DNA from: an uncultured Acidimicrobiales bacterium
GTDB lineage: Bacteria > Actinomycetota > Acidimicrobiia > Acidimicrobiales > VFJN01
Direction of reading: 5' to 3'
Length of the DNA stretch: 64,000 nt
Assembly (NCBI GenBank): GCA_963842015.1
Contig: CAWJFG010000020.1
Span: forward strand, 5,424-69,423
Of the stretch, positions 49,168 through 58,398 are shown in pieces. Each line of letters begins with the position of its first letter. Position 1 is the stretch's first letter. The notes below the pieces were generated by a model, which was not told the DNA's origin, ran no database searches, and worked only from the letters and a program-made list of their open reading frames with translations. Position numbers and translations under genes: made by a program.

Positions 49168-49254
49168 GTGTCGTTTTCCACTGACAGAACCGTGTCGTTT
49201 CCACTGACATCCACGTGTCGCTGCACACGATGAAAACGACACGACGTGTCAGCG
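49168..49254. mobile_element. End B (49168-49227) followed by an End A inner remnant (49231-49254); last copies in the window
   Basis: GTGTCGTTTTCCACTGACAGAACCGTGTCGTTTCCACTGACATCCACGTGTCGCTGCACA, near-identical to 33029-33087. Confidence 0.88.
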
Positions 49255-49579
49255 CGTGCGTCCGCACGCAACGCCCAGAATCCTCGTTCTGTTAAGTAAC
49301 GGAGACAGGCGGCCCAAGACGAGGCCGCGCTCCCGTTTGGCCCACCACCCGGTGCTTCCCCGCCACCCCGGCTCGCCCCTCGAATCGCACTGGCGTCGGC
49401 GACGACGCGCTCTGGGGACAAGCACAGATCCGACATGACGGCCAGCCATCACGAGGTCGGCGGTGCTGCCGGCCGTTGCGTCGACCGTGCACCCGCCCCT
49501 GCCCATCGCCGATGGTTACGTCACAGTGACGCAACCATCGGCGATGCGAGGCCCCTGGACCCGTGGCGCGCGGAACGGG

Positions 49580-50383
49580 TCAGGTGTCGATGACCGCGCC
49601 GCGGCTGATGTTGGCGACCGTGGCGGTGATGGCGGACGCCCGGTCGGACGCCAGGAACGCGGCGGTCTCCGCCACGTCCGCCAGCCGGACCGGCGGGCCG
49701 AGCATCGCCCCGGACGCGCCCGGCGACGTCGCCATGAGGTCGTCGAGGGTCATGCCGGCGAACCCGGCGGCTCGGGTCCACACCGCCCGTGCGTGCGACC
49801 CGTGTTCGACGGACTCGGCGATGCCGTCGGGGCGCAGGCACACGACCCGCACCCCGCGTGGGCCCAGCTCACCGGCGAGCTGGATCGACAGCGCCTCGAC
49901 CGCGGCACAGGCGGGCCCGAACCCGTCGGTCGGGACGGCGACCTGTGAGGCCGTCGTCGACAGCAGGAGGATCACGCCCGTCCCCCGTGCCTGCATGTGG
50001 CGGGCCGCCGCGGTCGCCGTGAGGAACTGCGTTGTCGTGTAGGTGGCGATGGGCAGCGCGAAGTCCTCGGGCGTCAGCTCGGTCAGGGGCTTGCCCTGCA
50101 CGTGGTCCACGCCGATGGCGTTGAAGGACACGTCGACGGCCCCCGCGGCCTCGACGACGTCGTCGGCGTGACGCGCGACGGCCGCGGGGTCGAGGGCGTC
50201 GACGACAGCCCACTCGGCCTTGCCGCCGGCGTCCATGATCTCGTCGGCCACGGCGCTCAGACGTTCGGCCGTCCGACCGGCGAGGAACACCCGGGCGCCC
50301 TCGCGGGCGAACGTGCGAGCCACCGTGGCGCCGATCGCACCCGCACCGCCGTACACGACTGCGGATTTGTCCTGAAGGAGCAC
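49580..50383 (-). CDS. SDR-family oxidoreductase
   Basis: 'VVYGGAGAIG', 'VDVSFNA', 'FLASDRASAIT'. Confidence 0.85.
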   Translation of the reverse strand: MLLQDKSAVVYGGAGAIGATVARTFAREGARVFLAGRTAERLSAVADEIMDAGGKAEWAVVDALDPAAVARHADDVVEAAGAVDVSFNAIGVDHVQGKPLTELTPEDFALPIATYTTTQFLTATAAARHMQARGTGVILLLSTTASQVAVPTDGFGPACAAVEALSIQLAGELGPRGVRVVCLRPDGIAESVEHGSHARAVWTRAAGFAGMTLDDLMATSPGASGAMLGPPVRLADVAETAAFLASDRASAITATVANISRGAVIDT

Positions 50384-50485
50384 TGTCGAACCTCCGTTCG
50401 CTTCCGCTCCCCCGGCGGGGGAGCCTCACCCCACCGACGAACGGGATCGGCCGGACCGACACCCCTCCCCCGCCACCGCACGACG

Positions 50486-51808
50486 TCAGCCCGCGGTCAC
50501 CTCGGCCAGCCGTCGAGCCAGGTAGCGCCGTTCGGCGTCCGTCGGCGCCAGCGCGAGCGCCGCGTGGTACGCGGGGACGGCCGCCTCGACGTCTCCCCCG
50601 CGGCGCAGCAGGTCGGCGCGGGTCGCCGCCAGCAGGTGGTAGCCGTCCAGCGCGCCCGTGGCCTCGAGGTCGGCGACGAGCGCCAGCCCGGCCGCCGGGC
50701 CGTGGGCCATGCCGACGGCCACGGCGCGGTTCAACTCGACGACGGGCGACGGCGCCACATCCCCGAGCTCGCCGTAGAGGTGGGCGATGCGCTCCCAGTC
50801 GGTCTCGGCGGCCCGAGCCGCCCTCGCGTGGCACGCAGCGATCTCGGCCTGCAGCAGGTACGGGCCCCAGTCGGCGGGCGCCACCCGCCGCGCCGCGGCG
50901 AGGAGGCGCAGTCCGTCGCCGATCTGCGACTCGTCCCACCGACCGCGGTCCTGGTCCTCGAGCGTGACGATGTCGCCGAGCTCGTCGAGTCGCGCGGCGC
51001 GCCGAGCGTCGTGCAGCAGGAGGAGGGCGAGCAGGCCGCCGACCTCGGCGTCCCGCGGCATCAGCTCGTGCAGCACCCCCGCCAGGCGGATGGCCTCGGC
51101 GCTGAGCTGTTGGCGCAGGAGGTCCGTCCCGGACGAGGCGGCGTAACCCTCGTTGAACAGCAGATACACGACCCCGAGCACGCCCGAGGTCCGGCCCGGG
51201 AGCAGGTGCGCGGGCGGCACGCGATACGGGATGCCGGCGTGGCGGATCTTCCGTTTCGCCCGCACGAGCCGCTGGGACATCGCCTCCTCGGAGACGAGGA
51301 AGGCCCGGGCGATCTCGGCTGTCGTCAGGCCGGCGAGCGTCCGCAGCGTCAGCGCCACCCGTCCCTCGAGGGGGAGCGCCGGATGGCAGCACGTGAAGAT
51401 GAGGCGGAGCCGGTCGTCGGGGACGGGGTTGGCACGATCGGCGCCGGACGTCACGGCCAAGCTGACTCGGGCGGGGTCGGACTCCGGGTCCACTTCGTCC
51501 GCGCCCGGCCGGGCGCGCCCGAGTGTCGCCGCGTCCCGCAGCTTCGCGTCGCCGACCACCCGCCGGCGCAGCCGGTCGGTGGCGGCGTTGCGGGCGGTCG
51601 TGGTCAGCCAGGCTCCCGGGGACCTGGGCACCCCGTCGCGGCGCCAGGCGCGCACGGCGGCGGCGAAGGCTTCCTGCGCGCACTCCTCGGCCAGGTCCCA
51701 GTCGTCCGTGACGCGGATGAGCGTCGCCACGACCTGTCCCCACTCGCGGCGAAAGGCCGTTGCCACCGCATCGTCGACGCCGGCCCGGAGGTCCGGGTCG
51801 GGGCTCAC
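50486..51808 (-). CDS. ECF sigma factor with long C-terminal extension (YciI-associated)
   Basis: 'DLAEECAQEAF', 'DDRLRLIFTCCHPAL', 'YLLFNEGY', 'LNRAVA'. Confidence 0.88.
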   Translation of the reverse strand: MSPDPDLRAGVDDAVATAFRREWGQVVATLIRVTDDWDLAEECAQEAFAAAVRAWRRDGVPRSPGAWLTTTARNAATDRLRRRVVGDAKLRDAATLGRARPGADEVDPESDPARVSLAVTSGADRANPVPDDRLRLIFTCCHPALPLEGRVALTLRTLAGLTTAEIARAFLVSEEAMSQRLVRAKRKIRHAGIPYRVPPAHLLPGRTSGVLGVVYLLFNEGYAASSGTDLLRQQLSAEAIRLAGVLHELMPRDAEVGGLLALLLLHDARRAARLDELGDIVTLEDQDRGRWDESQIGDGLRLLAAARRVAPADWGPYLLQAEIAACHARAARAAETDWERIAHLYGELGDVAPSPVVELNRAVAVGMAHGPAAGLALVADLEATGALDGYHLLAATRADLLRRGGDVEAAVPAYHAALALAPTDAERRYLARRLAEVTAG

Positions 51809-52143
51809 CGTTCCCAGACCGGCCGCACCTCGATGGTGCCCGAGGCCGCCACCGGGTGCTTGGCCGCCACCTCGAGCGCTTCGTCGAGGTCGGCGCACTC
51901 GATCACCGCGTAACCGGCGACGAACTCCTTCGTCTCGGCGAACGGCCCGTCCGATACCAGCGTCTCGCCGTCGCGCACACGCACCGAGGTGGCGTCCGCC
52001 ACCGGGCGGAGGCGGTTGCCGCCGTCGAACACCCCGCGGGCCACCATCTCGTCGGTCCAGGCGCGGTGACCGGGGTGGGCGGCGATGTCGTCGGGGCTGA
52101 GGACCTCGGACTCGTCGTCGCAGATCAGGAGCACGTACTTCAT
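51805..52143 (-). CDS. YciI (DGPF) family protein
   Basis: 'DGPFAETKE', 'IEVRP'. Confidence 0.9.
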   Translation of the reverse strand: MKYVLLICDDESEVLSPDDIAAHPGHRAWTDEMVARGVFDGGNRLRPVADATSVRVRDGETLVSDGPFAETKEFVAGYAVIECADLDEALEVAAKHPVAASGTIEVRPVWER

Positions 52144-52871
52144 CTCGACAGCCTCGCTCGTTCGGCGACGACCGCGGCGAACCGGGTGGCGAGCGCGCGC
52201 CCCGTGGCCGCAATCGCCTCGGAGCGAGCGGCCATGTCGGCGAGTGCCGCGGCCTGTGCGGGCGTGGGCGGCCCGTGCTCCTCGGCCCACGCGGTGACGA
52301 CGGCGTGGTCGACCTCGGGGTGGAACTGGACGCCCCAGGCCGCCTCTCCGACGCGGAACGCCTGCGGGACGCCGTCGGGCGTGGCGGCGAGCAGCTCCGC
52401 GCCCGACGGGAGGCGCACGACGATGTCGTCGTTCCACTGGAGCGAGACCGGCGTCCGCCCGGTCGGCAACGATCCGAGCACGCCGTCGTCGACCGCGGCG
52501 GCGAGGACCCCGATCGGGAGCACGCCCATCTGCTTGCCCGCCGGGTTCGGCGTCACCTCCCCGCCGCAGGCGACCGCCAGCATCTGGTGGCCGAGGCAGA
52601 TGCCCAGCGTGGGCAGGGTCGAGTCGACGGCCGCGCCCAGCAGCTGGCGGACCGCCGGAAGCCACGGACAGCGGCCGTCGTCGGTCGCCGACATCGAACC
52701 ACCGAGCACGATCAGGCCGTCGATGCCGGCCACGTCGGGCACGCCCTCGCCGCGGTACGGCCGGGCGATCTCCACGTCGACGCCGGTCGTGCGCAGCCAG
52801 CCGTCGAACAGCCCGAGAGGGCAGGCGTCCTCGTGCTGCACGACGGCGAGCCGGGGCCCGAAGGTGGTCAT
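52140..52871 (-). CDS. Type 1 glutamine amidotransferase
   Basis: 'GICLGHQ', 'QFHPE'. Confidence 0.88.
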   Translation of the reverse strand: MTTFGPRLAVVQHEDACPLGLFDGWLRTTGVDVEIARPYRGEGVPDVAGIDGLIVLGGSMSATDDGRCPWLPAVRQLLGAAVDSTLPTLGICLGHQMLAVACGGEVTPNPAGKQMGVLPIGVLAAAVDDGVLGSLPTGRTPVSLQWNDDIVVRLPSGAELLAATPDGVPQAFRVGEAAWGVQFHPEVDHAVVTAWAEEHGPPTPAQAAALADMAARSEAIAATGRALATRFAAVVAERARLSR

Positions 52872-52905
52872 GGCCGCCAGTCTGGCGGGTCGGATCGGCT
52901 CGGCC

Positions 52906-53308
52906 TCACGGCTCCCCGAACCGCAGGGACGTCAGCGGCCGCGCCACCCGGAGGACCCATTCGAGGGCCTCGCGGTAGTCGCGGGAGTCGGGACTTCCCG
53001 CCGCCGCGAGATCGCGGTCGACGTCCTCGATGGCGGCCTCGAGCTCGTAGAGGCGGTCGTGCAGGGCGTCGAGCTCGGACCGGGCCACGACGAGGCGGCT
53101 GTCGCCGAGGCCGAGGTCGGCGGACTGCCGCCGCGCCTCGTAGTCGCGCTGCCGGCAGCTCCGGCGGCAGTACACCCGTGGCCGGCCCGGGCCGGCGACG
53201 ACCGTGAACGGGCGGGCACACCACCGGCAGCGCCGCACGACCGATCCGTCCCGCGCCGCGGCGCGGCCCCGCCGCCGGTTCCCTCCGAGGCTGTTTGCGT
53301 CACGGTGA
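52906..53308 (-). CDS. Hypothetical Cys-motif / coiled-coil protein; start uncertain
   Basis: 'CRWCARPF..GRPRVYCRRSCRQRDYEAR..LHDRLYELEAAIEDV'. Confidence 0.6.
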
Positions 53309-53388
53309 CGGAACGTAGCGATGCTCGGGGCACGACCGGTGGATCCGGTGACGTTGCGGGGTGCCCCGCCCGCGCGAGACTGCCGCAG

Positions 53389-54330
53389 ATGCAGCAGGCA
53401 CCCCCTCCGCTCGTGCTGCGCACCGATCAGCTCACGATGTCCTACGCCAGCGGGCCACCTGCGCTCGCGGGCCTGTCGCTCGCGGTCCCGGCCGGCTCCG
53501 TCGGGCTCGTCGGCGCCAACGGTGCCGGGAAGACCACGCTGTTCCGCCTGATGCTCGGGCTGATGCAGCCGACCTCGGGGCGGATCGAGGTGGCGGGTCG
53601 CGACGTCGCCACCGACCCCGTCGGCATCCGCGGCCGCCTCGGCTACATGCCCGAACACGACTGCCTGCCCCTCGACCAGACCGCGTCCGACATCGTGGCG
53701 ACGTTCGGCGAGCTGGCCGGCCTCCCGGTCCGGGCCGCCCGCCAGCGCGCCTCCGACGTGCTCGACCTCGTGGGGCTCGACGAGGCGCGGTTCCGCCCGG
53801 TCGGCGGGTTCTCGACGGGCATGCGCCAGCGGACCAAGCTCGCCCAGGCCCTCGTGGCCGACCCGCACCTCGTGCTGCTCGACGAGCCGACCGCGGGCCT
53901 CGACCCGCTCGGGCGTGAGGAGATGCTCGACCTCGTCGCCCGGCTGGCCGGGTTCGGGATCTCGGTGATCCTGGCCACCCACCTGCTGGACGACGTGCAG
54001 CGGGTGTGCGAGCACGTCGTGATGATCGATCACGGCCAACTGGTCCTCGCCGGGCCGATCGACCAGCTCATGCAGACGACCGGCCAGCTCCGGGTCGAGG
54101 TCGGTGGCCGCCCGGGTGCCGTCGCCGCGCTGGCCGAGGCGCTCGCCGGGCAGGGCCTCTTCGCGCGGGCGCTCGACGAGCTCACCCTCGATCTCGACAC
54201 CCGCGACCAGGGTGACGCCGCCGCGGACACCGTGCGCGACGCGGTCGCCGACCTGGGCCTGCGGCTCTACGCCCTGTCGAGCCGCCACCGCTCGCTCGAC
54301 GACGTGTTCCTCCAGCAGGCAGGCCGATGA
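53389..54330 (+). CDS. ABC transporter ATP-binding protein
   Basis: 'GANGAGKT', 'FSTGMRQR', 'LLDEP'. Confidence 0.9.
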   Translation: MQQAPPPLVLRTDQLTMSYASGPPALAGLSLAVPAGSVGLVGANGAGKTTLFRLMLGLMQPTSGRIEVAGRDVATDPVGIRGRLGYMPEHDCLPLDQTASDIVATFGELAGLPVRAARQRASDVLDLVGLDEARFRPVGGFSTGMRQRTKLAQALVADPHLVLLDEPTAGLDPLGREEMLDLVARLAGFGISVILATHLLDDVQRVCEHVVMIDHGQLVLAGPIDQLMQTTGQLRVEVGGRPGAVAALAEALAGQGLFARALDELTLDLDTRDQGDAAADTVRDAVADLGLRLYALSSRHRSLDDVFLQQAGR

Positions 54331-55226
54331 GCGCGCCACCGCTGTCCGGCGCGGTGTACGACCGGGGCTACCGGCCCTACACCGGCCCCCGCGGCGGGCG
54401 CCGCGAGGCGACGTGGGCGCTGTGGCGGCTGTCGGTGCGCCGGGCGCTCGGCCTGCGCCGATCGTGGCGGCAGAAGGTCTTCCCGTGGACGCTGCTCGCC
54501 ATCACGACCGTGCCCGCGGTGGTCAACGTGGGCATCGGCTACGCCATCAGGAACGACCCGCTCGAGATCCCCGACTTCGCGTTCATCACCTACCGCGAGT
54601 ACGTCGGCGTCTCGACCGCGTTGCTGCTCTTCGTGGCGTTGACCGCCCCCGACGTCGTGTGCCCCGACCGCCAGCAACGCGTGCTGCCGCTGCTGTTCTC
54701 GCGCCCGCTCACCGGCACCGACTACGTCACCGCCAAGGTGGGAGCCATCGCCGCCATCGTGTTCGGGTTCGGGTTCCTGCCTCAGGTCGTGCTGTTCGTG
54801 GGGCAGATGCTGGTGAGCGACGCCGCGCTCGAGTACTTCACCGACAACGCCGAGGTGCTGTGGCAGGTGCCGGTGTCGGTCGCCCTGCTCGCCCTGTACT
54901 ACGGCGCGGTGGGCGTGGCGCTCGCGTCGCTCACCGACCGCCGGATCGTGGGTGGGGTCGCCATCCTCGGCGTCGCCCTCGTCACCTCGGTCGTGGCGGC
55001 CATCATCATCGAGTCCGCCGGCGACGGCGGCACGCCGTTCGCGGTCCTCAACGTGCTGGCGCTGCCCCTCGAGGTCCGCGACCTGGTGTTCCTCGGGCAC
55101 CTGAGCACCGACTCCGACCTGTCGGGCGTGTCGGGCGGCGGGGTGCTCGCCGTGCTCGCCTACCTGCTGGTGCTGACGTCATCGATCGCCGTGCTGCAGC
55201 ACCGCTACCGCGAGGTCGCGCTGTGA
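54327..55226 (+). CDS. ABC transporter permease
   Basis: TM helices, 'SRPLT..DYV.AK'; translationally coupled. Confidence 0.85.
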   Translation: MSAPPLSGAVYDRGYRPYTGPRGGRREATWALWRLSVRRALGLRRSWRQKVFPWTLLAITTVPAVVNVGIGYAIRNDPLEIPDFAFITYREYVGVSTALLLFVALTAPDVVCPDRQQRVLPLLFSRPLTGTDYVTAKVGAIAAIVFGFGFLPQVVLFVGQMLVSDAALEYFTDNAEVLWQVPVSVALLALYYGAVGVALASLTDRRIVGGVAILGVALVTSVVAAIIIESAGDGGTPFAVLNVLALPLEVRDLVFLGHLSTDSDLSGVSGGGVLAVLAYLLVLTSSIAVLQHRYREVAL

Positions 55227-56201
55227 CCGCTCCGCCGGCGCCCGCCGTCCCTCCTCCGGCTCCCCCGGCGCGCCTCGACCCCGCGTTCGCCCCCGACGCC
55301 ACGGTCACCGTCCAGCAGGCCTCGGTGTGGTTCGGGCAGAAGGTCGCGTTGACCGAGCTCTCGTGCTCCTTCGGGCCCGGGTGTGACCGGCCTGCTCGGC
55401 CCCAACGGGGCCGGGAAGACCACGTTGATGCGGGCGCTCACCGGGCTCCTGCCGCTGAACGAGGGCCGCGTGGAGGTGCTGGGAGGCGACCCCCACCGGG
55501 ACCGCGAGGTCCAGCGGGGCATCTCGCTCGTGCCCGAGGACGAAGCGGTCCCGCCCGCCCTCACCGCCCGCCAGCTCGTTCGCTACACGGCGGCGCTCCA
55601 CGGCGTGCAGGACCGCGAGATGCCCGACCGCTGCCTCGACACCGTCGGGCTGCTCGACGTGGCCGACCGCAAGGTCGGCGGGTTCAGCAAGGGCATGCGC
55701 CAGCGGGCCAAGGTGGCGTCGTCGCTGGTCACGGCCCCGCGCGTGCTGGTGCTCGACGAGCCGCTCAACGGTGCCGATCCGGTCCAGCGGCTGGCGTTGA
55801 TCGGCCTGTTCCAGGCGCTCGGCGCGCAGGGACGCACGGTGATCGTCAGCTCGCACGTGCTCAACGAGGTCGAGCGGTTGGCCTCCCGTCAGATCGTGGT
55901 GATCCGTGGTCGGCTCGCCGCCGCCGGCGACCACCACGCCATCCGCGACGCCCTCGCCGACCGGCCGCGGGCGGTGAGCGTGCGCACGCCCGCCGCCCGG
56001 GCGCTGGCCGCCCGGCTGATGGCGCTCGACGTCGTTCGGGGCGTCACCGTCGACGGCGCCACGGTCGTCGTGTCGTCGCAGAACGCGGGCGAGCTGGCCG
56101 AGGTCCTCCCGGTGGCCGCCCGGGACGCGGGAGCCCGGTTGCTCGAGGTGCGACCGCTCGACGACTCGCTCGAGAGCGTGTTCCGGGAGCTCCTGCGATG
56201 A
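55223..56201 (+). CDS. ABC transporter ATP-binding protein; frameshift near 55380
   Basis: 'GPNGAGKT', 'FSKGMRQR', 'VLDEP'; N-terminus in another frame. Confidence 0.85.
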
Positions 56202-57190
56202 CGCTGCCGCCCGAGGCGTCGGGCGCGACCGATCCGCCGCCCGCCGCCCCGCCGCCCCCTCCCCCGCTGCCGACCGACGGAGAGACCGTCGCAGACGACA
56301 CGGGCCCGGCCGCTCCCCTCCCGCCCCCTCCCCCGCCGCCGACCGCATCGTCCGCTCCCGCCCCGTCGACCCCCAGTGCTCCGGCCGCCGCGCCCGAGCC
56401 CACCGATGCGCCCCAGCAGGGGGTGGCCGTCGCGGTGGTCGACCGACGCCCGCTCCCCCGCCCGTTCGTGGCGATCGTCGGGTACACGCTGCGGGCCTGC
56501 CTCCCGGCCCGGCGGTGGTGGGGAGTCGTCCTGCCCTGCCTCGGCGCCCTGCTGTTCGCCTGGCTCGGCACGCTGGCCGACACGTCGACCGAGGAGGCGT
56601 TCGGCGTCGTCGCGGAGCAGGGACTGTTCGGCCTCGTCGTCCCGCTCACGTGCCTGGTGATCGGTGACGCCGTGCTGGGCGCGGACCTGCGGGCGGGCAC
56701 GTTCGCGTTCACGTGGCTGTCGCCCGTGAGCTTCCCGTCGATCGCCGTCGGGCGCTGGCTCGGCGGCTGGCTCGTGGCCCTCGTCACCCTGGTCCCGGCG
56801 CTCGTGCTCGCCACCGTCGTGGCGGGCGTGCCCGACACGGCCGGGCCGATGGCCCTCGCCGCGGCCACCGGGTCGGCCGCCTACATCGGCCTGTTCGTGA
56901 TGCTGGGCGCCATGGCCCGCCGCTCCGCGGTGTGGGCCCTGGCGGTCGTGTTCCTCGGCGAGCGCCTGCTGGGCGGCGTGCTGTCGGGCATCGCCCAGAT
57001 CTCCCCGATGTGGGAGACGCAGCAGGTCTACGCCGGCCTGGCCGGCGGCGAGGTCGCCGACGAGCTGCTGCGAGACGGCACCCCCAACGGCTGGGCTGCG
57101 GTGGTCCGGCTGGCGACCATCCTCGTCGTGACCCTGGCGCTGGCGTCGTGGCGGCTGGCGCACCTCCGCCCGACCGGCGGCGACGAGTAG
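56198..57190 (+). CDS. ABC transporter permease with Pro-rich N-terminus
   Basis: ATG overlaps the previous stop; about six TM helices. Confidence 0.8.
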   Translation: MTLPPEASGATDPPPAAPPPPPPLPTDGETVADDTGPAAPLPPPPPPPTASSAPAPSTPSAPAAAPEPTDAPQQGVAVAVVDRRPLPRPFVAIVGYTLRACLPARRWWGVVLPCLGALLFAWLGTLADTSTEEAFGVVAEQGLFGLVVPLTCLVIGDAVLGADLRAGTFAFTWLSPVSFPSIAVGRWLGGWLVALVTLVPALVLATVVAGVPDTAGPMALAAATGSAAYIGLFVMLGAMARRSAVWALAVVFLGERLLGGVLSGIAQISPMWETQQVYAGLAGGEVADELLRDGTPNGWAAVVRLATILVVTLALASWRLAHLRPTGGDE

Positions 57191-57248
57191 CCGCTGGACT
57201 GCGTGCGCCGCCGAGCCGCCACGGGGCTCGGCGGCCCGCGCACCACCG

Positions 57249-58379
57249 TCACTCGGCGCCGTGCGGTGCCACCACCACGTCGTGCTCGCCGGCGACGGCG
57301 GCGAGGAACCTCAGCAGCGCCGCGGCCTCGTGCTCGACGTCCGCCCTCTCGGCCGCGGTGAGCGGCCGGAAAGGCGTGACGACGATGGTGGCCCGGTCGC
57401 CGGCGCGGTCGATGGACCACTCGGCCTCGACGCGCCCGTCGACGAGCACCGTCCCGGGGAGCAGCCCGTTGGCCCGCATCAGGCGCTTGCGGACGTCGTC
57501 GTCGACCAGGCGGGTGCGGTCGGCGTGCGACAGCGACACGTTGTCGAAGTCGGGCAGGAAGCGGACGGGCGCGGGCGTGTCGGGGTCGGGGCGGGGCGCG
57601 TCCGGCAGGTCGAGCAGCTCGCGGCCGGCATCGTTGCGGAACCGCACCACCCGGTCGCCCAGGCGATCGGTGACCTCGCGCAGGCGGGTGAGCCCCGACC
57701 AGGCCTGGACGTCCATCACCGAGGCCGGGCCGTACACGGCGAGGTAGCGCAGCACCATGTCGTCGAGGGTGGCGGCGTCGTCGAGCGGCCGACCGGCCCA
57801 GTGTTCGAGGCTGGTGACCGTCACCTGCCCGGAGCGGCCCCAGACGGCGCGGGGTGGGACCTGGACCAGCGGCACAACGGCGCGAGCCACCTGGGAGAGG
57901 GCGGCAGGGTCGCGATCGGGCCAGCGTTCGGCGAGCAGCCGGCCGAGCTGGCCGAACGGGCGCGGCGCCTCCTCCACGAGGGCACGCCCCGCGGCCTCGA
58001 CCTCGGTCAGATCGAGGTCGGCCAGGCCCGATTGCCACTGCGACGTGCGCAGGTTCCGGGCCAGGTACCCGGCGTGCAGTGCCCGCAGGGCGAGGGCGTC
58101 GTCGGTCGTGAGCAGGTGGACCGTGCCCCGCATGACGACGATGCGGACGGCGCGCCGCTCGGTGAGCATCGCCCCCAGATCGTGCGGGTCGAACCCGGCG
58201 AGGCGGGACCAGAGAGCGGTGTACGGGCTCCAGGGCGCCTGGGCCTGGAGCCCGTACAGGTCCCGCACGGCGTCGGCCACCGACCTGCCGGCCCGTTCCA
58301 GCAGCATCTGTCGGGCGAGCAGCGCGCGGTTGAGGGCGCGCGGGCTCAGCGCGGGGAGGGTGGTCGTCGACGTCGCCAT
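57249..58379 (-). CDS. Winged-helix (HTH_42) DNA glycosylase, AlkZ-like
   Basis: 'LNRALLARQ', 'GLQAQ' (QxQ motif), 'MRGTVH', 'FLPDFD'. Confidence 0.85.
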   Translation of the reverse strand: MATSTTTLPALSPRALNRALLARQMLLERAGRSVADAVRDLYGLQAQAPWSPYTALWSRLAGFDPHDLGAMLTERRAVRIVVMRGTVHLLTTDDALALRALHAGYLARNLRTSQWQSGLADLDLTEVEAAGRALVEEAPRPFGQLGRLLAERWPDRDPAALSQVARAVVPLVQVPPRAVWGRSGQVTVTSLEHWAGRPLDDAATLDDMVLRYLAVYGPASVMDVQAWSGLTRLREVTDRLGDRVVRFRNDAGRELLDLPDAPRPDPDTPAPVRFLPDFDNVSLSHADRTRLVDDDVRKRLMRANGLLPGTVLVDGRVEAEWSIDRAGDRATIVVTPFRPLTAAERADVEHEAAALLRFLAAVAGEHDVVVAPHGAE

Positions 58380-58398
58380 GCGCTCGGTCTCCGTTCTC

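Noticed and set aside
46649-49232. Target-site duplication around the 46654-49227 unit
   Set aside because: Flanks CGTAG and CGATG are not identical.
21453-49254. Repeats as a CRISPR array
   Set aside because: Spacing is irregular and mostly kilobase-scale, intervening DNA is genes, there are two repeat types in opposite orientation, and no cas gene is visible.
56230-56400. C-rich low-complexity stretch
   Set aside because: Explained by the proline-rich N-terminus of the permease.
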